Positions 7,991 through 17,218 of a stretch of DNA of 64,000 bases are shown here, piece by piece. The DNA comes from an uncultured Coriobacteriia bacterium. GTDB lineage: Bacteria > Actinomycetota > Coriobacteriia > Anaerosomatales > PALSA-660. The notes under the pieces are model-generated. The model did no database searches. It was not told the DNA's origin and saw only the letters and a program-made list of their open reading frames with translations. Made by a program: the position numbers and the translations under genes. The stretch spans positions 209,214-273,213 of the forward strand of contig CAVSCJ010000004.1 of assembly GCA_963726435.1 (NCBI GenBank), read 5' to 3'. How positions within the stretch are numbered: the stretch's first letter is position 1; the number at the start of each line of letters is the position of its first letter.

Positions 7991-10915
7991 ATGACACACG
8001 GCACCGATACCCAGCTCCCCGACCGGCTCGCTGGACACCTCGCGCCCGGCACGGACAGCGAGGTGGCTGCACGCTATGCGGCACTCTCGCTGGCGGCCGA
8101 TGATGCCTTGTGGGGCATCGAGGATGAGACCGCATTCCTCGACATCGAGACCACCGGCTTCGACTGCCGCAATGACCGAGTCATCGAGGTCGCCGTCATC
8201 GTCGCGCGAGGCCCCGAGGTGGTGGAACGGTTCAGCTCGCTCGTCGACCCCGGCATGGCGATCCCGCGTGACACCACTCTCCTGACAGGCATCGACGATG
8301 CGTCGGTCGCGGGCGCGCCTTCCATCGACACCGTCGTCCGGGAGGTCGTAGCCCTGGTCGGCGGCCGCGACATCGTCGCGCACAACGCCAGCTTCGACCG
8401 CACCTTCATGACGACCGCCGCCAAGAACGCCGGCGTTGCGATGGGCAATCGGTGGCTGGACTCTCTCGAACTCGCCCGCATAGCGTTGCCGCGACTGCGC
8501 ACCCACCGGCTGCGCGACCTCGCTGAGGCTTTCGGGATCGACGAGCGCTTCCACCGGGCCGCGGGAGACACCGAGGCGATGTTCAGACTCTGGAGGATCT
8601 GCCTCGCGGGGCTGGCCGACCTCCCCCTGGAGGTGCTCACGGCGTTGGCGCGCCTCTCGCCGTCCACCGACTGGACCCTGCGGGAGACCCTGTCGAGGAT
8701 GGCGGCCTGCGGCAAGCCCGGCGCGTTCGATCTCAAGTATCTGAGGGCCGACTCGACTCGCGGTCACCAACTGCCCGGGTTGGCGGACGCAGACGAACGC
8801 GAGCTCACCTGCCCGGACCCCGGCACCGTGCTGGCCGAGTTCGACAGCGACGGCGCGGTCGGGCGGATGTACGCGGGTTTCGAGTCGCGCGACGAACAGC
8901 GAAAGATGGCCGAGGCCGTTCTGGACGCCTTCGCCAACCGTCGTCACCTGGCGATCGAGGCGGGCACGGGCGTCGGCAAGTCCGTCGCCTACCTGGTGCC
9001 CGCTGCGTCCTTTGCGCTGGCCAACGGTCTCGGCGTCGGCGTCGCGACCAAGACCAACACCCTCATGGACCAGCTCGTCCACGGCGAGCTCCCCAAGCTT
9101 GCGGCTGCCATGGGCGGCAAGTTGCGCTACGTCGGGCTCAAGGGCTACGAGCACTATCCCTGCCTGCGGAAGATCGAACGTCGTATGGGCGAGGACGGGC
9201 TGCCTCCTGAGGAGGTGGCGCATCTGGCGGCGCTGGTCGCGTGGGTAGCTCAGTCGTCCTGGGGCGACCTCGACTCCGTCAACCTGCATTGGACGCCGGA
9301 GGCGAGGCGCAAGGTCGCATGCTCGGTCGAGGATTGCACCCGCAAGAGGTGCCGCTTCTACCCGAATCTCTGCTACCTGCACGGGGTGAGACGGAGGGCG
9401 GCCGGGGCGCACGTCGTCGTCACGAACCACGCTCTGCTCTTCCGTGACCGCGCCGCCGCGGGCGGGATCCTGCCGCCTCTGCGGTACTGGATCGTCGACG
9501 AGGCCCACGCGGCGGAGTCGGAGGCACGCAGGCAACTCTCTGTGGCCGCCGATCATCGCACGATCCGCTCGCTGCTCGGGTCGCTGCACACCGAAGCGCG
9601 CGGCGGGTCCATCGACGCGGCGCGCTCGCTCGTGCGCTCGCTGGCGCGTGCGGGCGGCGACGAGGCGCTGATCGAGCGCGTGGAGCGGCTCGCGTCGGGC
9701 ATGCGGGCGGAGGTGACCACCGCAACGACCATCGCGGAGTCCTTCTTCGACTTCTTGAGGGACCTGCGTACCGGTGACGAAGGCTACGACAGCTCCGAGC
9801 TCCGCATAACATGCGAGGTGCGCGAATCGAGCGAATGGAGCATCGCCTCAGGCGTCGGCCACTCCCTGGCGCGGCACATGGAGGCCATCGTCGCGGCGTG
9901 CCGCGACCTACTCACCGCCCTCGAGGAGGCGGGCGAGAGCCTTGTCGACGCGCGCGCCGACCTCGCGGGCATCGTCTCTCGCATCCGCGAGCAGCTCGAC
10001 GGACTGGAGTCCGTACTCGACGGCTCCGACGATGCCTTCGTCTACAGCGCGCGGGTAGGCAAGCGAGCCGGCGACCGCCGAAACAGTCTCGAGGCCTCCC
10101 TGCTCGACGTCGGCGGTGAGCTGGTCGACCGCTTCTACCCGGACATTCACTCGGTCGTCTACACGTCGGCCACCATCGCGACGGGCGACGACTTCGGTCA
10201 CTTCGCCCGCACGATCGGTCTCGGCCGCCTGCCCGAGGGCGCTTGGAGCAGTCTGCGCCTCGAGTCGAGCTACGACTTCGACCGCCAGATGTCGGTGTTC
10301 GTCCCCACCGACCTCCCCGAGCCCCGCGGGGCCGAGCACTTCGACGCCCTGGAACGGCTCCTGCTGGGAGTGCACCAGGCTATGGGAGGCAGCGTCCTCA
10401 CCCTGTTCACGAGCAAGAGGGAGATGGAGGAGCTCTACGACCGTCTCGAGGGCCCTCTCGCGTCGCTCGGGTACAACCTGCTGCTCCAGGGTCGCGGGGT
10501 GTCGAACAAGCGCGTGCGCGACGAGTTCCTCGCGGACGAGCGGCTCTCGCTCTTCGCGACGAAATCGTTCTGGGAGGGGTTCGACGCCAAAGGGGACACG
10601 CTTCGGTGCGTGGTCATCGCGCGGCTTCCCTTCGGCAGAGTTCGCGACCCTCTCTACGAGGAGCGGCAGCAGCGGTTCGGGCGTCGCGCTTGGGAGGACT
10701 TCTACCTGCCCGAAGCCGTGCTCGAGCTCAAGCAGGCAGCGGGCCGACTGGTCCGCTCGGCGAGCGACGAGGGGTGTGTGGTCGTGGCGGATGGGCGCCT
10801 GTCGGCGGGCAGGGGCTACGCGCGCACGTTCATAGACTCACTGCCGGTGAGCGACGTCGAGCTGCTGCCGACGGCCGCGCTCGTGGAACAGGTGCGGGAG
10901 CGCTTCGGACGCTGA
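7991..10915 (+). CDS. dinG: bifunctional DinG-family helicase with N-terminal DEDDh 3'-5' exonuclease domain
   Basis: Start at ATG 7991 within ORF 7766..10915. Exo motifs DIETTG, AHNASFD, HRAAGDTEA. Helicase motifs GTGVGKS and VDEAH. A Cys cluster typical of Fe-S DinG/XPD helicases. Confidence 0.9.
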   Translation: MTHGTDTQLPDRLAGHLAPGTDSEVAARYAALSLAADDALWGIEDETAFLDIETTGFDCRNDRVIEVAVIVARGPEVVERFSSLVDPGMAIPRDTTLLTGIDDASVAGAPSIDTVVREVVALVGGRDIVAHNASFDRTFMTTAAKNAGVAMGNRWLDSLELARIALPRLRTHRLRDLAEAFGIDERFHRAAGDTEAMFRLWRICLAGLADLPLEVLTALARLSPSTDWTLRETLSRMAACGKPGAFDLKYLRADSTRGHQLPGLADADERELTCPDPGTVLAEFDSDGAVGRMYAGFESRDEQRKMAEAVLDAFANRRHLAIEAGTGVGKSVAYLVPAASFALANGLGVGVATKTNTLMDQLVHGELPKLAAAMGGKLRYVGLKGYEHYPCLRKIERRMGEDGLPPEEVAHLAALVAWVAQSSWGDLDSVNLHWTPEARRKVACSVEDCTRKRCRFYPNLCYLHGVRRRAAGAHVVVTNHALLFRDRAAAGGILPPLRYWIVDEAHAAESEARRQLSVAADHRTIRSLLGSLHTEARGGSIDAARSLVRSLARAGGDEALIERVERLASGMRAEVTTATTIAESFFDFLRDLRTGDEGYDSSELRITCEVRESSEWSIASGVGHSLARHMEAIVAACRDLLTALEEAGESLVDARADLAGIVSRIREQLDGLESVLDGSDDAFVYSARVGKRAGDRRNSLEASLLDVGGELVDRFYPDIHSVVYTSATIATGDDFGHFARTIGLGRLPEGAWSSLRLESSYDFDRQMSVFVPTDLPEPRGAEHFDALERLLLGVHQAMGGSVLTLFTSKREMEELYDRLEGPLASLGYNLLLQGRGVSNKRVRDEFLADERLSLFATKSFWEGFDAKGDTLRCVVIARLPFGRVRDPLYEERQQRFGRRAWEDFYLPEAVLELKQAAGRLVRSASDEGCVVVADGRLSAGRGYARTFIDSLPVSDVELLPTAALVEQVRERFGR

Positions 10916-10950
10916 TGAGAGCCTGCCGTCTGGCTCGACGGGTCCAGTGC

Positions 10951-11268
10951 TCAGCAGGGCCCCGCACCGCCGACGAACCGCCGGTGGACCTGCTCGGCGT
11001 ACCAGCTGTGCGCCCGGTCGCAGCCGAGGCACGCGGTCATCATCGCTTCGAACGTGTCGGGGGAGTCGGCGTCCGCCATGGCGCTCGCGAGCCGCGAGAC
11101 GTCGCCGAGAAGCACGCGCCGGCAGCACGCGGCGCACACCAGGCCGTCGGACGCGGGGCACCAGTCGTGATCGGCCTCTGCCTCGACCGAGGCGCACAGG
11201 CGGCAGGAAGCCAGCCCGTCGGCCCGCCGCTGCGGTCGCGCTTGAGGTGTCCTGTCCAAGTCGGCCAT
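10951..11268 (-). CDS. Cys-rich hypothetical protein, third gene of the pafBC-like operon
   Basis: 105-aa ORF starting 10 nt downstream of the PafC-like stop. High GC3. CxxC, CxxCC and CxxC motifs. No family recognised. Confidence 0.55.
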   Translation of the reverse strand: MADLDRTPQARPQRRADGLASCRLCASVEAEADHDWCPASDGLVCAACCRRVLLGDVSRLASAMADADSPDTFEAMMTACLGCDRAHSWYAEQVHRRFVGGAGPC

Positions 11269-11278
11269 GCTGTGTCCG

Positions 11279-12244
11279 CTATCCCTCTCTGTCGGTCCCG
11301 CCGGGGCCTTCCGCGAGCATGCGCGTCGCCTCCCGTACCACGGCCGCCCGAAGTCCTTCGGGTTCCTCCACGCGGGCGGTCCCCAGCCGGGCGACGATCT
11401 TCCGCGCCAGCCAGGAGGTGCCCGCGTACGGGACGGACGCGATGACGGCGCCGTCAGGCTGGCGCGCGAAGGTCGCGCCCGGCCACTCGCGTTCGTTCAG
11501 GTCGGGTCCGTCCTCGGTGAAGAGTACGGTCGCGCGGGGCAGCGTGTCCAGGTCCAGTAGCGGGGAGATCTCCTCGAAGCCGGAGGGCCTGTCGAACGGA
11601 TCGCGGGTCAGAGACACGGCGGTGATGCGGTCGACCCGGAAAGTGCGCTGCTCGCCCGCCTCCTCACAGAAGGCGACGAGGTACCAGGCGTCGCGCCACA
11701 GGTGCAGCGCCAACGGGTGGACCCGGCGTGCGGTCTCGTTCCCCGAACGCGCGGACGCGTATCGGATGACCGCCGCCACTCCGCGTTCCGCCGCGACGTC
11801 GAGAGCCGCGATAACCGACGCCTGCCCGTCGCGCGCGAACGCGGCACGGACCGTGCGCGCGACCCTGTCAGGGTCGACACCTGCTTCGGCGTGGTCGGCT
11901 AACCGGACCAGCAGGGAGGAGCGAGGGTCGAGACCTATCGACTCGAGGGCGGCCGTCAGGGCGCGCGCCTCCGAGGGTGTGAGGCGTACGGGCCGTTCGA
12001 GCGCCGGAAGGTCGGCGAATACCTCCGCGGTGTCACCCTCAACGACGACACCGATGAGCTGGCCGGGGTCGCGTTCGTCGCTCCCGCACAGCGACAGCAC
12101 GGTCAAGTCCTCCGCGACCGTGGCCTCGTCGCTTCCAACGGCCGCTGCAAGCTCGGATAGAGGCACGAGTCCCTGTCTGCGAAGGAATGGGAGCAGCGCC
12201 AGCAGCCGGCGCGCCCGACCCGCGGCGGAGGGGGCGTCACCCAT
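11279..12244 (-). CDS. WYL-domain transcriptional regulator (PafC-like)
   Basis: Trimmed to ATG 12244, overlapping the upstream stop by 8 nt. N-terminal HTH region (LLALLPFLRRQGLVPLSELA) and a WYL-type motif (RDAWYLVAFCEE). Confidence 0.8.
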   Translation of the reverse strand: MGDAPSAAGRARRLLALLPFLRRQGLVPLSELAAAVGSDEATVAEDLTVLSLCGSDERDPGQLIGVVVEGDTAEVFADLPALERPVRLTPSEARALTAALESIGLDPRSSLLVRLADHAEAGVDPDRVARTVRAAFARDGQASVIAALDVAAERGVAAVIRYASARSGNETARRVHPLALHLWRDAWYLVAFCEEAGEQRTFRVDRITAVSLTRDPFDRPSGFEEISPLLDLDTLPRATVLFTEDGPDLNEREWPGATFARQPDGAVIASVPYAGTSWLARKIVARLGTARVEEPEGLRAAVVREATRMLAEGPGGTDREG

Positions 12245-13229
12245 GTACTTCCACCACCTCGCGGAGCCCCGAGACCAGGGTCTCGCGCAGCGAGTCGGGA
12301 GAGAGGACCTCGATGCCGGGACCGTTGCCCGCCACCCAGCGCGCCAGCAGTGTCTGGTCGGCGAACGGGACGCGCCAGTCGTAGGGCCCGCCGGTAGGTC
12401 CGCTGAGCGACCCCTGCCCCGCAACGAGCGAAGCCGCGCGGTGAGCAGCGGAACCGCTCAGCCGCAGCGTCGCCTCGCCCGCCTGCGGCCCGTACTGGAA
12501 CGGCATGAGCATCCAAGAGCGCACGTCGAAGTCGGCTGGCCGATCGAAGTCCGGGGTCTTGGGCCGGCCGCGGTCGACGGACAACCCCGCCATGCGAGCG
12601 ACGGCGAATACTCGGACGCCGTTCGCCGAGGGGTCGCGCGCCACCAGATACCATCGGCCGTCGCGGGCGAACAGGCCCCAAGGCTCGACCGACCGCTTCG
12701 AGGCTCTGCCCCCGGCTCCTGTGTAGGAGAAGCCCGCGCGCTTGCGCCCCGAGATGGCGCCGGTGAGCTCGGCGACAGCGGCACCCTGTCCGCCCGGGTC
12801 CTCGTCGGCACGCAGCGCGCTCCTGACCGACGGGGACGTGCCGAGACGGGAATCGGCCGCCGCAGTGAGCTTGGCGAGCGCGATACGGAGATCCTCCGGA
12901 TAGGGATAAGAGGAGTCGGCGAACATGGCTGCGGCCGCAGCCCGCAGCTCGACAACTTCGATGGGATCCAGTTCGACGGTATCCGAGAACGTGGCGTCCG
13001 CGTCGAAGCGGTAGCGATCTGTCTCATCGGAGCGGTCCAGCTCGATGACGAATCCGGCGTGGCGCAACTCGTCCTTGTCGCGCTCGAACATGCGCCCGAA
13101 TGCGGCGTCGTTCTGAGAAGGGGAGTAGCCGGCGACGGCCGCGGAGATCTCGCGAGCTGCGACGGGGTGCCGGGCCGACGCCAGGTAGAGGGCGAGGTTG
13201 ACGATCCTCTCGGCCGGGCTCACCCCCAT
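12237..13229 (-). CDS. HTH + WYL-domain transcriptional regulator (PafB-like)
   Basis: Trimmed to ATG 13229. ERIVNLALYLASARHPVAAREI HTH region, DGRWYLVARD WYL motif. Paired with a second WYL gene, as in pafBC. Confidence 0.8.
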   Translation of the reverse strand: MGVSPAERIVNLALYLASARHPVAAREISAAVAGYSPSQNDAAFGRMFERDKDELRHAGFVIELDRSDETDRYRFDADATFSDTVELDPIEVVELRAAAAAMFADSSYPYPEDLRIALAKLTAAADSRLGTSPSVRSALRADEDPGGQGAAVAELTGAISGRKRAGFSYTGAGGRASKRSVEPWGLFARDGRWYLVARDPSANGVRVFAVARMAGLSVDRGRPKTPDFDRPADFDVRSWMLMPFQYGPQAGEATLRLSGSAAHRAASLVAGQGSLSGPTGGPYDWRVPFADQTLLARWVAGNGPGIEVLSPDSLRETLVSGLREVVEVHG

Positions 13230-13339
13230 CAGACATCCTCCGGCTCCGTCTTCGAACGCGGCCCGTTCGCAGCCGATTGTAGCCAATGCGGAGGGTGGAG
13301 GCCCGGCGAACGGGCATGCGCTGGCGCCGCGACATTGGG

Positions 13340-13485
13340 GAGAGAAATGGGCCCGGCCCGGCAGCGTCTCCGCTGTCGGGCCGGATCCTTGTCTTCGAAC
13401 GAGGTGCGTTGGGGGGGAACGCATCTCGTCTCTCAGAGGGCGGCGATCCCTGCCCTGAGGGGGGAGGAGGACAGGCCGCCACGGC
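13340..13485 (-). ncRNA. 6C-like small RNA candidate (two C-rich-loop hairpins plus terminator-like hairpin); strand uncertain
   Basis: Minus strand, hairpin A at 13480-13439: GGCGGC-CUGUCC-[UCCUCCCCCCUCA]-GGGCAG-GGAUC-GCCGCC. Hairpin B at 13427-13401: GAGAUGCGUU-[CCCCCCC]-AACGCACCUC. Hairpin C at 13384-13353: 14-bp stem with GAGA loop, followed by CCCAUUUCUCUCC. Wobble and mismatch pattern is mixed: A favours the minus strand, B and C favour the plus strand. Confidence 0.4.
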
Positions 13486-13615
13486 TCTGCAAGGCCAAAA
13501 AGCAACGTGCGTGCCAACTTGGTACCCATGCACCGGGTTGCGATACCACGCGGTCTCGTCTACAAGTAGATTGGGCGCAGCGTGCGCTCGGTCGAAGATT
13601 CGGAAGGGGCCCTTC

Positions 13616-14341
13616 GTGAGCATCTGGTCGCATTGGGCGTGGCCGCTGGCGACGGCGATACTCGGATTCGTCTACGTGGCTCTTCTCGTCAGGCAGTACG
13701 TGCAGCGGCGCAAGATGCACCAGCTCATGTGGGCGATCGGGTTCCTGTTCTACGCTGTTGCCGCGGTCATGGAGTTCTGGTCGGAGTTCAGCGGGGCGTG
13801 GGATCCTGGGGTATACCGCATCTACATCGTGCTGGCTGCCTCGCTGGTGGGCTTCCTCGGCAACGGCACTCTGTACCTGGTCGTCAAGAAGCGCCTGTGG
13901 GGCGACCTGTACCTCGGCTTCAACTTGGTCTGCCTTGCGATCTTCCTGTACGGGACCGAGACCGCGAACCTGGTCATGGCCAACCTCAAGGCCGGCATCG
14001 TCGTCGGCGGTACCGCGCTCGGCGCGAGCGGCACGTTCCCCCGGATCATGTCGCTGCCCTTCAACATCCCGGGATCCCTTCTGCTCCTGGGAGGGGCCAT
14101 CTTCTCCATCATGAAGTTCTGGCCCAACAGATCCTTCCGCTACAGGGTCTGGGCCAACGTGCTGATCATCGTCGGCACGCTGATGATCGCGGGTGCGGGC
14201 TCGATGGCGCGCCTGGGCGCCTCCGGCTGGCTGTACGCTGGCGAGATGGTCGCCTCCGCGATCCTGCTTTGGGGCTTCCTGATGGCCAGCACCTTGGAGA
14301 AGGGCGCCAAAGCCGTACGCGAGGCGCATCAGACTGAGTAG
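13616..14341 (+). CDS. hypothetical polytopic membrane protein
   Basis: GTG 13616 (GGAAGGGG upstream) within ORF 13286..14341. About 7 hydrophobic segments. The upstream part of the ORF is Arg/Gly-rich and non-protein-like. Confidence 0.55.
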   Translation: MSIWSHWAWPLATAILGFVYVALLVRQYVQRRKMHQLMWAIGFLFYAVAAVMEFWSEFSGAWDPGVYRIYIVLAASLVGFLGNGTLYLVVKKRLWGDLYLGFNLVCLAIFLYGTETANLVMANLKAGIVVGGTALGASGTFPRIMSLPFNIPGSLLLLGGAIFSIMKFWPNRSFRYRVWANVLIIVGTLMIAGAGSMARLGASGWLYAGEMVASAILLWGFLMASTLEKGAKAVREAHQTE

Positions 14342-14348
14342 CGGACAG

Positions 14349-14756
14349 GTGCCCGGCCGCTACGCCGACAGGATGTCTGAGGCTGGCGTGCGTGCCGACA
14401 CGCGCCTTCTCGGCGACTTCGTCGGCATCTACTGTCGCGGCAAGCACCGGGGCGCAGCTCGCGCTCTGCTGGTGTCCGAGGGCGCGGGCGGGAACGTCTA
14501 CGGCCGCCGCGCCCCGATGGTCTGCGATGAGTGCGCGGACCTGTTGAGATACGCCGAGCGACGCCGCGCGATGTGCACGAAGGAACCCAAGCCCTTCTGC
14601 AGTGTCTGCGACACGCACTGCTATGGGCCCGCGATGCGCGAGTCCATGAGGGAGGTCATGCGCTACTCCGGTCCGCGTGCGTTGTTTCGCGGGTATGCGA
14701 TACAGGGCATCAGACACCTGATTCAGAGCCGCAGAGCAGGCAAGGCTGCCGGCTAG
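14349..14756 (+). CDS. nitrous oxide-stimulated promoter family protein (YgbA-like Cys-rich protein)
   Basis: 135-aa ORF. Pattern CDECADLLRYAERRRAMC..KPFCSVCDTHCYGPAMRESMREVMRYSGPRAL matches my memory of the YgbA family. The start may instead be ATG 14373. Confidence 0.75.
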   Translation: MPGRYADRMSEAGVRADTRLLGDFVGIYCRGKHRGAARALLVSEGAGGNVYGRRAPMVCDECADLLRYAERRRAMCTKEPKPFCSVCDTHCYGPAMRESMREVMRYSGPRALFRGYAIQGIRHLIQSRRAGKAAG

Positions 14757-14790
14757 CACGCGGAGGTCCCCAACGGCTGATGGAACCGGA

Positions 14791-15174
14791 ATGACCGAAC
14801 TGAAACGGCAGATCGTACGCATCGATGAGGAGCTGTGTACCGGCTGCGGCCAGTGTGTGGCCCCGTGCGCCGAGGGCGCGATAGTACTCGTCGACGGGAA
14901 GGCCAGGGTCGTCCGCGAGGAGTTGTGTGACGGCGCGGGGTTCTGTCTTGGAACCTGCCCGACCGGTGCGCTGAGCATAGAGGAGCGCGAGGCCGTCCCG
15001 TTCGACCAACCCTCCGTCGACGAGCACTTGGCGGCAGAGCCCCGCAAGTTCATCTCTCAAGCCTGCTTCATGTGCGGGAAGACCGAGGACGAAGCGCCGC
15101 TCCTTCCCGTGAGGACGGAAGGCACCTCGACCTGGGTCTGCACGCGCTGCCTGCCTGCGCTCATCCACGGCTGA
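14791..15174 (+). CDS. 4Fe-4S dicluster-domain protein with C-terminal zinc-ribbon-like tail
   Basis: CTGCGQCVAPC and CDGAGFCLGTCP ferredoxin-type motifs, then CFMCG...CTRC. Confidence 0.75.
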   Translation: MTELKRQIVRIDEELCTGCGQCVAPCAEGAIVLVDGKARVVREELCDGAGFCLGTCPTGALSIEEREAVPFDQPSVDEHLAAEPRKFISQACFMCGKTEDEAPLLPVRTEGTSTWVCTRCLPALIHG

Positions 15175-15261
15175 GGCGATCGGGCCGGCCTTCGGTCAGG
15201 CGCGCAGTGGTATATCCTTTCGTGGTGACTCGACGACCCGGCTGCCGGAGTCGATCGTTCG

Positions 15262-17211
15262 ATGTCGGAAGGGACCCCCATGGGCGCGCTGATGTCGCAT
15301 GTCGAGCACCTCTCGGAGACGATCGGGCCGAGGCCGGCGACCACGGACGCCGAGGAGCGCGCAGCCGCCTACATCCGCGAAGCTTTCGAGGCACGCGGCC
15401 TGAGCGCGGAGGTCCAGGACTTCGATAGCCCCCGCAGCTACTCGTGGGCCTACGTGATCTATCACGCGCTCACGATCCTCGCTGCTGTCGGCTCCAACTG
15501 GTCGGCCTGGCCCGCGCTAGCTCTCGGGGTCGTGGTCGCGGTCGTGTTCCGGCTCGATCTCGACACCCGATGGGGTCTGACTGCGCTGATGCCCAGGGGC
15601 CCCAGCCAGAACGTCATCGCCCGTCACGTCCCCCGAGCAGGCAGGGGGGAGCGGGTCCCGAAGGTCGTGATCGTGGCTCACTACGACTCGGCGCGCTCGT
15701 CACTGGCGTTCGCGCCGGGCATGGTGAAGAACTTCGCCGCGACGTTCGGCCTGATGAAGTGGTGCACCTACCTGGTCCCGGCGCTCATCGCCGTGCGGCT
15801 GGTGCCCTACGCCTCGCGCCTCGAGCCGTGGGCGTGGTACGTGACGCTGGTCCCGGCGGCCTATCTGCTCCTGCCCCTGCTGATCGACGTCCACCGCGAG
15901 ATCTTCATGAAGTACACGCCAGGTGCAAACGACAACGCGTCGGGTGTCGCCGCTTTGCTGGGGCTCGTGGACCGGCTGGTGCCCGAGTCCGAGACTCCTC
16001 GTCCGGCGACGCGCGATGCCGTGATGGTGCACACGGAGCAGGAGGTCCGGGAGGCGGACGTGTCGCCCGAGGGGTCGCTGCTGAGCTACTCGCCCGTCGC
16101 GGCGCCTGCGCCCGAACCGGCGATGGATACGTGGGCCGACGACGACATCTCGTGGGACACCGGCGTGGTGGCGGGGCAGACTGAGCTCGGGCTCGACTCC
16201 TACGCCCGTGCTTTCAAGGAGAAGGAGGCTGGTTCAGCGGCTCGCGACTCAGAAGCGCAGACCGCGGCCCGCCTCTTCGGCATGGCGCCGATCCCTCCGT
16301 CGCCGTCGGTGGTCGCGCACCCTCCGGCTCCGGTGCCGGTTCCCGCGCCGGCGCCGCGCAGGGAGGCCGCTCCCGATCTGGGCTTCGACATCGAGCTCGA
16401 CGACGTCCCGAGTCGCACTCCGAACTCTCCGAGCGGAGAGGAGACGGCGCCCTTCACCCCGGTCGGGCCGACCGAGACCCCCGAACAGAGCGAGGACCGT
16501 CATCGCCGGGGCATGTTCGGCAGCACCGGCAAGGAGAAGTCCTCGGATCGTCGCGGGGTACGAGAGTGGCTGGGCGTCGGCAAGGACTTCGACGCGCGGA
16601 AGCAGGGCGACGCCATCGGGTCCTGGGACAACTTCACCGACGACGAGGACGACGAAGGCACGTGGAAGGGCGGCGCGGCTGGTGTCGAAGGGATCGAGGA
16701 CCCCGACTTCGCCCAGAGCGCGGCGGCTCGCATCCGCCGCAAGGTCACGATGAACGTCGATCGCGGGCTGACCGAGAAGGAAGTGTGGTTCGTCGCCACG
16801 GGCGCCGAAGAGGTCGGCACCTTCGGGATGCAGGCGTTCCTCAAGCAGCACGGCCGCGACCTGCGGGAAGCCGCCATCATCAACCTGGACAACATCGGCA
16901 GCGGATCGCTCGCGTTCGTCACGCGCGAGGGGATGGCAAAGCGCTACGATTCCGATCGCCGCCTCGTGTCCGCGGCCCGGCGAGCGGTGCACGAGTTCGA
17001 CCTGCCGCTCAAGGGGCACGAGTACAAGGGGCTGTCGACGGACGCCACGCCGGCCTTGGCTCGCGGATACCACGCCATGTCCGTTATGGCCTTCGACGTC
17101 AATGGGCGCCTGCCCAACTGGCACTGGGCGACCGACACGGCGGACAACGTCTCAGAGCCCAATCTGGAGACGGCAGTGGAGTTCGTCACTGCCTTGATCA
17201 AGGAGTTGTAG
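15262..17211 (+). CDS. membrane-bound M28-family metallopeptidase with a large low-complexity insertion
   Basis: 649-aa ORF. M28 hallmarks are split: HYDS, NDNASG ... ATGAEEVGTFG ... WHWATD. Several TM helices and an insertion of roughly 250 aa, rich in Pro/Ala/Glu/Asp, between the metal-ligand motifs. Confidence 0.8.
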   Translation: MSEGTPMGALMSHVEHLSETIGPRPATTDAEERAAAYIREAFEARGLSAEVQDFDSPRSYSWAYVIYHALTILAAVGSNWSAWPALALGVVVAVVFRLDLDTRWGLTALMPRGPSQNVIARHVPRAGRGERVPKVVIVAHYDSARSSLAFAPGMVKNFAATFGLMKWCTYLVPALIAVRLVPYASRLEPWAWYVTLVPAAYLLLPLLIDVHREIFMKYTPGANDNASGVAALLGLVDRLVPESETPRPATRDAVMVHTEQEVREADVSPEGSLLSYSPVAAPAPEPAMDTWADDDISWDTGVVAGQTELGLDSYARAFKEKEAGSAARDSEAQTAARLFGMAPIPPSPSVVAHPPAPVPVPAPAPRREAAPDLGFDIELDDVPSRTPNSPSGEETAPFTPVGPTETPEQSEDRHRRGMFGSTGKEKSSDRRGVREWLGVGKDFDARKQGDAIGSWDNFTDDEDDEGTWKGGAAGVEGIEDPDFAQSAAARIRRKVTMNVDRGLTEKEVWFVATGAEEVGTFGMQAFLKQHGRDLREAAIINLDNIGSGSLAFVTREGMAKRYDSDRRLVSAARRAVHEFDLPLKGHEYKGLSTDATPALARGYHAMSVMAFDVNGRLPNWHWATDTADNVSEPNLETAVEFVTALIKEL

Positions 17212-17218
17212 GACACTC

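Noticed and set aside
7991-13229. DinG helicase plus WYL regulators as a phage-defence locus.
   Set aside because: The DinG has the housekeeping exonuclease-helicase architecture. The WYL pair has the PafBC layout with overlapping genes. No nuclease/effector, methylase or mobile context is present.
13253-13269. LexA/Cheo-box-like inverted repeat CGAAC-N7-GTTCG, and the GTTCGAAC palindrome at 19411-19418.
   Set aside because: The spacing does not match the canonical GAAC-N4-GTTC SOS box, and no lexA gene is in the window. The first repeat is kept only as a note under the paf finding.
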